Source: a virus (Duplodnaviria > Caudoviricetes). Taken from it: a stretch of 32,046 nucleotides of DNA. Below are positions 1 through 7,991 of this stretch, in pieces. Both the position numbers and the translations under genes were made by a program. The notes under the pieces are model-generated. The model was not told the DNA's origin and made no database searches. It saw nothing but the letters and a program-made list of their open reading frames with translations. The stretch covers positions 1 to 32,046 of the IMG/VR virus record IMGVR_UViG_3300032227_001762; one strand, 5' to 3'. Each line of letters opens with the position of its first letter. Position 1 is the first letter of the stretch.

Positions 1-2
1 AA

Positions 3-1766
3 AATACTTCAGATGTTTTGGGAAATTATAGAACTTACATGAATTCTATTAATTTCACATCGAGCGCTTCAGATTGCGCCCATTTTTTATATTATGGAGC
101 AACTGCAGGAGGAGGTAGTGGAAGTGCATACGTACCAGGTTTGTGTGGAGCATCACCATATGCTCAAACTAGAATGAATTATTTCGACGGTAATGGGACT
201 CCAAGTTCAGTCGTATATAGTAGAACAGTTAAAGTATTAACGCACGAACTAGGACATAATTTGGGGTGTAATCATACTTTTGGTTGTTATTGGAATCTTG
301 CGTGGGCTCCAGGTGCGTCAACTTTTGGTTCGGGAAGAATAGATGGTTCGGGTGGAGCAACATACAACCCTAGAGAAGGTTCTTGCACAATACCTGCCAT
401 TCCTCCAGGATTTTTAGGAACCATAATGAGTTATTGTGATTCCACTGGTTTATGTGGAGTAAGTTTTGCTTTAGGATTTGGTCCTATTCCAAGGCAAAGG
501 ATGATAGATAGAATAAATACTACAACATGTACCACAACCTGTTCTGAACCATTACCTACCCCAGCACCCACACCTTTAGTAACACCAACACCTACAAAAA
601 CATCGACACCAACTAAAACAATAAACTTTACACCAAATCCAACATCAACAACCACAAAAACACCAACAACAACACCAACAATTAATTCAACACCAACAAC
701 AACACCAACATTAACTAATACTCCAACTGTTACAAAAACTCAAACTCCAACAAAAACAAAAACATTAACACCAAATTTATCTCCAAATCAAACTAGTACT
801 CCAACTAATACTCCAACATTTACCCCAACGCAAACTATAACTTCAAATTTTTGTAATCCTTATATTTGTAACACACCGATACGACCACCGATGACGGTAA
901 ATGGTATTTTTATAACTTCAGAATTGACAGGGACTTCGTTAAATATGCCAATTGAGTATTCAAGCTGTAACAATACTGTAATTAGTCCACCTAATATTTT
1001 AACTTTAGGTTATTCAAGTCCATTTACATACAAATTAAATTTCAGTGTACCTATTACAAGTGTTGTAATGTATATTACAGGTGCTGGACTACAAAATATT
1101 GATTGTACTGAAAATTTTACAGTAAATACAAATTCAGGAATTCCTTCAATAACGAGCCCAACAAATTGTTTCACTACGATTAATAACAATGTGATAACTA
1201 TGAATACCAACGGTTCCTCTCAAATTGGCGCCGCTGGTGGTATATTTTTAATTTCAAATCCAACACCTTTTACAAGTGTTTCAGTTGCCGGACTTCAAGT
1301 TTGTGCGGGTTCTTACATTGTATTTTGTGGCGATTCTTTAATTTGCCCAATTCAATTCCCAACTCTTACTCCCACATCAACTCCAGCCGTAACTCCGACA
1401 ATAACTCAAACACCAACAAAAAATATTCAAATAATACCTAAGGTAGATTTTGTATGTATCCATTGGTATAAGGGTGTTGATTCTAATTTATTTATCAATG
1501 ATATAACCGATATAATTAATCTTTATAATAAACCAATATGGGTAACCGAATTCGCACCTCAAGATTCAACTTCATCACAAAATAACCCTAATTTATACAC
1601 TCAAACCGAAGTTAATAATTTCATTAATACAGTTATACCTTGGATGAATTCGAATTCGATGGTTGAAAGGTATGCGTGGCATGATTCTAAAACAGGTACG
1701 TCAGCGATATTTACAATTGATGGTCAATTAACTGAAACTGGAATTACATATAGAGACGCACAATAA
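3..1766 (+). CDS. 5'-truncated multidomain protein: metzincin (M12B/reprolysin-like) zinc protease + PT-rich linker + beta-rich domain + C-terminal half of a GH128-like glycoside hydrolase
   Basis: The frame is open from position 3 (AAT ACT TCA GAT GTT TTG), so the TTG at 18 is probably not the true start. It has the HEXXHXXGXXH zinc motif HELGHNLGCNH (243-275) and a Met-turn GTIMSYC. The C-terminus has VDFVCIHWY...KPIWVTEFA...VERYAW, typical of GH128/Glyco_hydro_cc. Confidence 0.8.
   Translation, partial: NTSDVLGNYRTYMNSINFTSSASDCAHFLYYGATAGGGSGSAYVPGLCGASPYAQTRMNYFDGNGTPSSVVYSRTVKVLTHELGHNLGCNHTFGCYWNLAWAPGASTFGSGRIDGSGGATYNPREGSCTIPAIPPGFLGTIMSYCDSTGLCGVSFALGFGPIPRQRMIDRINTTTCTTTCSEPLPTPAPTPLVTPTPTKTSTPTKTINFTPNPTSTTTKTPTTTPTINSTPTTTPTLTNTPTVTKTQTPTKTKTLTPNLSPNQTSTPTNTPTFTPTQTITSNFCNPYICNTPIRPPMTVNGIFITSELTGTSLNMPIEYSSCNNTVISPPNILTLGYSSPFTYKLNFSVPITSVVMYITGAGLQNIDCTENFTVNTNSGIPSITSPTNCFTTINNNVITMNTNGSSQIGAAGGIFLISNPTPFTSVSVAGLQVCAGSYIVFCGDSLICPIQFPTLTPTSTPAVTPTITQTPTKNIQIIPKVDFVCIHWYKGVDSNLFINDITDIINLYNKPIWVTEFAPQDSTSSQNNPNLYTQTEVNNFINTVIPWMNSNSMVERYAWHDSKTGTSAIFTIDGQLTETGITYRDAQ
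552..842 (+). repeat. Pro/Thr-rich low-complexity linker (TPTPT/TPTKT)
   Basis: A/C-rich degenerate repeats of ACN-CCA codons encoding PTPAPTPLVTPTPTKTSTPT...TPTQTIT. Confidence 0.85.
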
Positions 1767-1777
1767 CGATTAAAGAC

Positions 1778-1785
1778 TATTTATA
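1778..1785 (+). promoter_or_regulatory. TATTTATA motif, candidate phage late promoter
   Basis: Lies 14 nt upstream of the ATG at 1800. The same sense-strand octamer occurs in all five co-directional intergenic gaps of 20 nt or more. Confidence 0.6.
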
Positions 1786-1799
1786 TAACAAAATAGATA

Positions 1800-4700
1800 A
1801 TGCCAACAGTTTTAATAAATTCGAATAATTTTAGTGGTCAAATTGGTGACATTATATTTTATCCGTTAACTGGTGGTACTGTAAATATTGGTCCTCAATT
1901 AATCCCATATTATTATACTGCAGATTATATATATGGTACATATGAAGTTTACTTTGAGGGTTACGGTTTAGGTTGTAATTTTACTTTAACACCTGAGACC
2001 CCAACTCCAACCCCTACAAAAACTTCAACTCAAACTCCTACTCAAACCCAAACTCCTACAAAAACTTCAACACAAACTCCCACTCAAACTAAAACACAAA
2101 CTCAAACTCCTACTCAAACACCAACACAAACTAAAACTCAAACATCTACTCAAACTCCTACTAAGACTTCAACACAAACACCTACTCAAACCCAAACACC
2201 GACCAAAACGTCAACTCAAACCAAAACCCCAACACCAACTAAAACTCCCGAAACTTCACTTAGTTCAACTCCAACTCAAACCCCAACACCAACTCAAACA
2301 AGTACTCAAACACCAACTCAAACAAATACTCCAACCCAAACCTCAACACAAACACCAACTCAGACAAATACTCCAACCTCTACAAAAACTCAGACCCCAA
2401 CTCAGACATCGACTCAGACATCGACTCAAACACCAACTCAAACATCGACTCAAACCTCAACTCAAACTCCAACTCAAACCTCAACTCAAACTCCAACTCA
2501 AACAAAAACACCCACTAATACACCAACTCAAACTAGAACACAAACTCCAACTCCAACGAGTTATCCTCCTGAAAATGCGTTTTTCATTGATTGTTGTCCT
2601 CCGAATAATACTTTTCAAATATTCAATTTACCAAATTTAATATTCACAGGACTAGTTAACAATAATGTATATTATATAATTAATTCGAGTTATACGGGTT
2701 GTGCAACATTTACAACATCTATAAGTGCCGCTTTAAATAATTACACTTACGCCATATCGGATACAATAACATTACAGACAGATTGTCCTACTTGTTTATT
2801 GAGTAATTCAATTGTGTGTGTCACTCCAACACCAACCCCTACTCCCACACAAACACAAACCCCTACTCCTACACAAACTCAAACTTCAACCTCGACTCCG
2901 ACTCCAACACAAACACAAACTTCAACTCAAACTCCTACTCAAACATCCACTCAAACTCCTACTCAAACATCCACTCAAACTCCTACTCAAACCAAAACAT
3001 CCACCCCAACTCAAACACAAACTCAGACTCAAACTCCAACACCAACACCATTTTGTGTAGGTGACTGTTTCTCTATATATAAAACAGGTAGATACAATCC
3101 TTCATTTCAACCTAATTCTAATTTATTTATTAGAATTTTTTCAATTGATGGTACAACTCTAACCACTTCTCAATTACCAATACCTGACAACGCATATGCT
3201 TTTGGATTTTCCGCATATGATGTTGCTTTATCAAATAGTAAAATTTGGGTTATTCACAGGGATACGACTACAGTTCCAAATAGGTCAGTAATAAGTGAAA
3301 TAAATTATACCAAGTGTCCATTTGTTGCAACTCCAAGTAAAATTTTCTATTACAGTGCAAATGGTCAAGAGAGAGGTTTGGCCGCCTTTGAGGAAGGTGG
3401 TGTAGAAAAATTAGTTGTAATCGGTAACAATAACGGATTTTTGAACCAAGTTTGGGAAATTACTCCGAATTCAGTGCCTAATTTAGGTAACGCTACCGCA
3501 ACATTCAGGTTTGACTTTGTTGCTCCTTTTGGAACCAATAATAACCCATTCGGAACATCGAACAATCCATGTAACGCTTCATTAGGTACGGTATCATATG
3601 ATTATATTATATCGGACACAACCCCTAAAAAGTTTGTAGCAACAATTGGTTGTAGTAATTCTCAACCTGTAAATTCTCAAAAAAGATATTTAATACAGTA
3701 CGATTATTATACAGGAGTTGCCGAGGTTGCTATCGATTTAACACCATTTGTTCCATTCGTTCCTAACGTTAGTTTGGAAAACACTGTAGGTTTGTTTTAT
3801 CAGAATGGTTTCTACTATGTGGTAACATCAAGTGGTACTGTTATTAAAGTAGATACTCCAAGTTACCAAAATATTTCTGTAGTTGGTGATTTGGAAACTT
3901 ACCCATCGGTAAATCAAGTACCTCCAGACGCCGCAAGTATATTTAGTTGTGTCACACAAGTTTTTGAGGTTTTTACCCCTACACCAACTCCGACTCCAAC
4001 TCAAACTCCAACATCTACTCAAACACCAACTCCATCACAAACTCAAACTCAAACTAGTACCCAAACACAAACTCCGACTAATACTCCAACAAAAACATCT
4101 ACCCAAACTCCGACTCAAACTAGTACTCAAACACCAACGCAAACTAGTACTCAAACACCAACGCAAAGTCAGACTCCTACCAAAACTCAAACTCCAACTC
4201 AAACTTCAACACCGACACCAACACCAACCAATCCATATGTACCTCCAGTTGTTCCTGAATGTTTTGTTTTGGTAAACAGTGCATCTAATTTATATTACTA
4301 TAACCACGTAACAAATACGTTATACAATGTGGTAATTACAGGATTCTTTAACTCAGAAGATATTGCTCATTTTTGGAATCCGGCAACATCTTCAGGTAAG
4401 TTTTGGATGTATGGGGGTTTTGCGATGGGTAATCAATTCTTTAGAGAATGGGATATAACTTCCTTAACTCCGTTAACTTTTGGTCCTTATAGAGATGTTT
4501 CTTTCCCATCAGGTGTTATCTTTATGGGTAAGGGTTTGTTTGCAGTTAATTCTAATACTTTAATTTGTAGCGAAACCAAAAGAGTTCCACTCGGTACTCC
4601 TGATAGGATGATTAGAATCACCATTAATGCGGCGCCAAATAACACATCCACATTTACGCCATTGTTTAATTTAGCCGGTTCTGTGTTAACCCCAAATACT

Positions 4701-6782
4701 GTCACTGGTGATATATTGGTTTCAACAAATAATAAACTTATATATACTGAAAGTAATCCAGGGGCGCCATCTTATTATTATATTAATCAATATGACTATT
4801 TAACAAACACTAAAGAATTTCCTGAAATCCAAATTGGATGTGGAGGATGTCCTGTAACCCCTTCTCCTAATATTACCGATGCTAATGCAATATATCAAAT
4901 AAGCGGACAGTTTTACTTTATTGACCAAAGCACGGGTGATGTTTTTAACTTAAATGCCAGTCCTCCATACTCAGCAACCACCACTCAAAATATTGGGGTT
5001 ATTGGTGTTAAAGGAGCGTCTCAATCATCTCAATGCATTGGTACAAGTTTTACAGGTACCGCACCTTATTTTCAATTTAAAAATATACCAGGAGTAAATC
5101 CAAGTAGTCCTCAATATTATGTTAACAGTACTTTTAATGCAGGAATTCAACAATTTTTGAGGAATTGGGGTGATGGAACTGTGTCTTCATTTGGTCCTAC
5201 TAATTTTGTAGGTGCCCTTTCAAGTAATTATTCTTATTCAAATGGTTCATTTACCGCAACTTTTTCTAATTTTCAAAGAAATGGTGTTTTCGATACAACT
5301 AGTTTAAGTACTATGAAATTTGCATGGATTTCTGAGATAATACCTAATCAATGGACTTTTTCAACTTGGCCAAACATAACTCAATTGTGGTTTGATTATT
5401 GTAGAATTCCTGGCCTAAGTGGTATTACCGCAAGTCCAAATTTTCAAAGATTATATTTAAATCAAAACACAAATTCAAGTTGCGAATTTAATACATTTAA
5501 TTTAGATAATTTTACTAAACTAGATGTTGTATACGCATGGTTTTGTGATTTCACAGGTTTTAGTCATAATTTTTCAAATGCAACAACAAATAGTTTTAAT
5601 TTTGATTTTAGAAATGATAGTGAGCTAGTTAATTTTTCATTAATTCCTCCTTCAGGTTTAACTACGTTTCACCTTTATGGACCTAATAGAAAGTGTAAAT
5701 TAAATTTTGCAAATTTCCCAAATGGTTTTACCGCCTGTACAAAAACTATAAATGAATTTTTCGTTAACAAAAATTCACTTACCGCATGGACAGTTAATTT
5801 ACCAATTAATGTAATAAATGTAGATTTTTCATCAAATAGAGAATCAGTTTCACCATTCAGATTTGGGTTATCGGGTTTTAATATTAATCTGGCGGCAAAT
5901 ACTTTAATGACAAGATTAAATCTTAACAACAATCACATTACAGGAATTACACCAACAATAAGTGCCTGCACGAGTCTACAAACTTTAGATTTATCTTACA
6001 ACGACTTACTTTCTTTACCCACTTTACCGAATTCGGTGAAAAGTTTGGATTTATTAGCAAATGACCTGGTTGGTATGTCATCGTTGCCTTCATTTTTACC
6101 ATCGGGTTTAGTTGGATTTAATGCGGGTAGCGTCGGTGCAGAAGGTGGAGGTATCAATATTTTTCAAAATTGGAATATACCCTTAACTGGTTGTCCTAAT
6201 TTACAATCATTTTCCCTTGGGGGGGTTTCTTTAACCGGATGGACCACTCAATTCCCAACATCAATAAAATTAATCGACTTTAATAATAATTCATTAAAAA
6301 CTTTTGATTTCAATTATGTAACAGGAACTACTGGTCTAACAGTACTGTTAAATATAAATCAAATTACAGGATTGACAAACTTTACCGGAGCAACAGGTTT
6401 GGTTAACTTAAACTTGACAAGTAACCAATTAACTAATCAATATAATATAATACCACTAGGTAGTAATTTTCCAAGTTCATTAACCGCGTTAACATTGTCG
6501 TCCAATCAACTGACTAATTGGTCAACTAGCTTTTCAGGAGCACCTAATTTAAAAACATTAGTTATGCAAAATTGTAATTTAACCCAAGCTAGTGTTAATT
6601 CTATTATTTGCGGTCTAACAGGTACTTCCGTAACTGGTGGTACTTTAACTCTAACAAATGACCCAAATAAACCTTTTTTCAATAGCGCTCCATCAGGACC
6701 TATCGGAACAGTAGGAACTGGACTATGGTGTAAAGCTCAGTTAACTGCCGCTCCAAAATTATGGAATGTAACAAACGCATAA
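1800..6782 (+). CDS. 1660-aa mosaic putative virion fibre/adhesin: N-terminal domain, three TPTQT linkers, Cys-rich module, two beta-propeller-like domains, NWGDG motif and leucine-rich-repeat C-terminus
   Basis: Long ORF with PT/TQ tracts. LRR consensus in TRLNLNNNHIT, LQTLDLSYNDL, VKSLDLLANDL, LVNLNLTSNQL, LTALTLSSNQL and LKTLVMQNCNL. No N-terminal signal peptide is visible. Confidence 0.75.
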   Translation: MPTVLINSNNFSGQIGDIIFYPLTGGTVNIGPQLIPYYYTADYIYGTYEVYFEGYGLGCNFTLTPETPTPTPTKTSTQTPTQTQTPTKTSTQTPTQTKTQTQTPTQTPTQTKTQTSTQTPTKTSTQTPTQTQTPTKTSTQTKTPTPTKTPETSLSSTPTQTPTPTQTSTQTPTQTNTPTQTSTQTPTQTNTPTSTKTQTPTQTSTQTSTQTPTQTSTQTSTQTPTQTSTQTPTQTKTPTNTPTQTRTQTPTPTSYPPENAFFIDCCPPNNTFQIFNLPNLIFTGLVNNNVYYIINSSYTGCATFTTSISAALNNYTYAISDTITLQTDCPTCLLSNSIVCVTPTPTPTPTQTQTPTPTQTQTSTSTPTPTQTQTSTQTPTQTSTQTPTQTSTQTPTQTKTSTPTQTQTQTQTPTPTPFCVGDCFSIYKTGRYNPSFQPNSNLFIRIFSIDGTTLTTSQLPIPDNAYAFGFSAYDVALSNSKIWVIHRDTTTVPNRSVISEINYTKCPFVATPSKIFYYSANGQERGLAAFEEGGVEKLVVIGNNNGFLNQVWEITPNSVPNLGNATATFRFDFVAPFGTNNNPFGTSNNPCNASLGTVSYDYIISDTTPKKFVATIGCSNSQPVNSQKRYLIQYDYYTGVAEVAIDLTPFVPFVPNVSLENTVGLFYQNGFYYVVTSSGTVIKVDTPSYQNISVVGDLETYPSVNQVPPDAASIFSCVTQVFEVFTPTPTPTPTQTPTSTQTPTPSQTQTQTSTQTQTPTNTPTKTSTQTPTQTSTQTPTQTSTQTPTQSQTPTKTQTPTQTSTPTPTPTNPYVPPVVPECFVLVNSASNLYYYNHVTNTLYNVVITGFFNSEDIAHFWNPATSSGKFWMYGGFAMGNQFFREWDITSLTPLTFGPYRDVSFPSGVIFMGKGLFAVNSNTLICSETKRVPLGTPDRMIRITINAAPNNTSTFTPLFNLAGSVLTPNTVTGDILVSTNNKLIYTESNPGAPSYYYINQYDYLTNTKEFPEIQIGCGGCPVTPSPNITDANAIYQISGQFYFIDQSTGDVFNLNASPPYSATTTQNIGVIGVKGASQSSQCIGTSFTGTAPYFQFKNIPGVNPSSPQYYVNSTFNAGIQQFLRNWGDGTVSSFGPTNFVGALSSNYSYSNGSFTATFSNFQRNGVFDTTSLSTMKFAWISEIIPNQWTFSTWPNITQLWFDYCRIPGLSGITASPNFQRLYLNQNTNSSCEFNTFNLDNFTKLDVVYAWFCDFTGFSHNFSNATTNSFNFDFRNDSELVNFSLIPPSGLTTFHLYGPNRKCKLNFANFPNGFTACTKTINEFFVNKNSLTAWTVNLPINVINVDFSSNRESVSPFRFGLSGFNINLAANTLMTRLNLNNNHITGITPTISACTSLQTLDLSYNDLLSLPTLPNSVKSLDLLANDLVGMSSLPSFLPSGLVGFNAGSVGAEGGGINIFQNWNIPLTGCPNLQSFSLGGVSLTGWTTQFPTSIKLIDFNNNSLKTFDFNYVTGTTGLTVLLNINQITGLTNFTGATGLVNLNLTSNQLTNQYNIIPLGSNFPSSLTALTLSSNQLTNWSTSFSGAPNLKTLVMQNCNLTQASVNSIICGLTGTSVTGGTLTLTNDPNKPFFNSAPSGPIGTVGTGLWCKAQLTAAPKLWNVTNA
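1989..2558 (+). repeat. TPTQT/TSTQT tandem repeat tract 1 (about 190 aa)
   Basis: Contains exact tandem copies: actcagacatcg x2 (2400-2423) and actcaaacctcaactcaaactcca x2 (2448-2495). Confidence 0.9.
2823..3050 (+). repeat. TPTQT tandem repeat tract 2
   Basis: Exact 24-nt tandem actcaaacatccactcaaactcct x2 (2937-2984). Confidence 0.9.
3975..4229 (+). repeat. TPTQT tandem repeat tract 3
   Basis: Exact 24-nt tandem caaactagtactcaaacaccaacg x2 (4116-4163). Confidence 0.9.
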
Positions 6783-6805
6783 AAAAACCTCGAGACTCGA
6801 GGTTT
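6781..6805 (-). terminator. Intrinsic terminator between convergent genes, possibly bidirectional
   Basis: Perfect inverted repeat AAACCTCGA-gac-TCGAGGTTT (6785-6805). The A7 run at 6781-6787 gives a U-tract on the minus-strand transcript; the plus strand has only TTT. Confidence 0.7.
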
Positions 6806-6813
6806 AGAAAAAA

Positions 6814-7413
6814 TTACCAAACTTTTTCTTGTTTCATATATCCAAGAACACAACAATAAGCGTCAGATTGGTCAAAATTTTCTTTTTTAAGAGTATTATT
6901 TTTAGTATATTGCCATTGAATTTGTGGTTCTCTTTTTGCGACTAAATCCCAAATTATTTGTTTTTTATCACAATTTTTTGGGAGTCCACCAAATAAAACA
7001 TGTTTTCCTTTATCGTTTTTCTGTACTAGTTCAGGAAATGCATTTTTTCTGGAATTATATGTCGATATAAACTCAGGTACAATTCCTAACACATCATATA
7101 TTTCTTTGGTAATCAATGTATTAAACCTAAGTAAGGTACCTATGGTATATACATTGTTAGAATTAAGTAAAGGTTCCTCAATAACAACATTGGTAATACC
7201 TAAATCTTTATATTGTAATAACTTTGTTCTAAAAATCTCAGCCTTTGATAATAACTCATGTATTTTATTATCCGTTTTGGGTTTTGGTCTTGGTGAAATA
7301 TGAGTCAATTCCAATAATTCTTTTGACATAATATCAAACAAAGCCCATCCAATGGTACTAGTCGATACGTCAAGCCCAAGAATCTTGGGACTTTCCTTTA
7401 AAGATTTTTTCAT
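6814..7413 (-). CDS. RuvC-like Holliday junction resolvase (RNase H fold)
   Basis: N-terminal ILGLDVSTSTIGWA, central VVIEEP and C-terminal DQSDA match the D/E/DxxD acidic catalytic set of RuvC. Confidence 0.8.
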   Translation of the reverse strand: MKKSLKESPKILGLDVSTSTIGWALFDIMSKELLELTHISPRPKPKTDNKIHELLSKAEIFRTKLLQYKDLGITNVVIEEPLLNSNNVYTIGTLLRFNTLITKEIYDVLGIVPEFISTYNSRKNAFPELVQKNDKGKHVLFGGLPKNCDKKQIIWDLVAKREPQIQWQYTKNNTLKKENFDQSDAYCCVLGYMKQEKVW

Positions 7414-7988
7414 ATTTTATTAGATTTCTTCCTATTATCTTCAGCCCACATTGGTTGTAAGTTAAGATAATTACACAATTTGTAAACATCTTCTTCAGAT
7501 TTTGCAGAAGAAAGAGGTATTATATGGTCAATTTCTATTCTTTTACCTAATAAATCCCAAGACATACCTTCAGTGAATAAATTTTCAATATGTTCTTTTA
7601 ATTGTTCAGGTGAACATCCTAATAAATCTTTAGTTGTATTTTTTTTTGATATTTTTTTTACTTTAAAAAAAGAATAAGTTCTGCTCCTAAGATTTGAAAT
7701 TAATCTAAAAATAGGGTCTTTGTTTCTTTTATTACTAATAAATTCTCTATTAATTTTCTTTATCTTTTCAACATTTAATTCCCTATAATTTGAATGATTG
7801 GATTTATAATTATCAGTATTTTTTTTATAATGTTCTTTCATTTTACTATTATGTTCTTTCTTATTTTTTTGATAATAAGATTCATAATATTTTCTGACGC
7901 AAACTTTACAATGTGATTTATATTTGTTACCCCTTTTGTAAAATTCACTGTATGATTTTTCAATACAACAATTTGTACATTTCTTCAT
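7410..7988 (-). CDS. Free-standing HNH (beta-beta-alpha-metal) endonuclease with N-terminal Cys zinc ribbon, likely a homing endonuclease
   Basis: CxxC...CxxC N-terminus, Lys-rich helical region and IDHIIPLS...NLQPMWAEDN HNH-type core. Overlaps the resolvase by ATGA and starts 3 nt after the upstream stop. Confidence 0.8.
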   Translation of the reverse strand: MKKCTNCCIEKSYSEFYKRGNKYKSHCKVCVRKYYESYYQKNKKEHNSKMKEHYKKNTDNYKSNHSNYRELNVEKIKKINREFISNKRNKDPIFRLISNLRSRTYSFFKVKKISKKNTTKDLLGCSPEQLKEHIENLFTEGMSWDLLGKRIEIDHIIPLSSAKSEEDVYKLCNYLNLQPMWAEDNRKKSNKI

Positions 7989-7991
7989 GAA

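Noticed and set aside
1989-4229. Tandem repeats as a possible CRISPR array
   Set aside because: The repeats are contiguous, degenerate and in-frame coding, with no unique spacers and no cas genes.
2812-4275. Alternative-frame ORFs (2812-3060, 2816-3064, 3949-4275) encoding His/Lys/Leu or Asn/Ser repeats
   Set aside because: These are frame-shifted readings of the stop-poor TPTQT tracts, with no independent evidence of coding.
3-6782. Eukaryotic or giant-virus origin of the mucin-like proteins
   Set aside because: There are no introns or signal peptides, the genes share the TATTTATA motif and modules with the baseplate operon, and a bacterial-type terminator is present.
6814-7988. Adjacent RuvC + HNH as a split Cas9/IscB/TnpB-like RNA-guided nuclease
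   Set aside because: The RuvC is a compact, contiguous resolvase type and the HNH looks like an ordinary homing endonuclease. There is no non-coding space for a guide RNA or array (31 nt downstream, 3 nt upstream).
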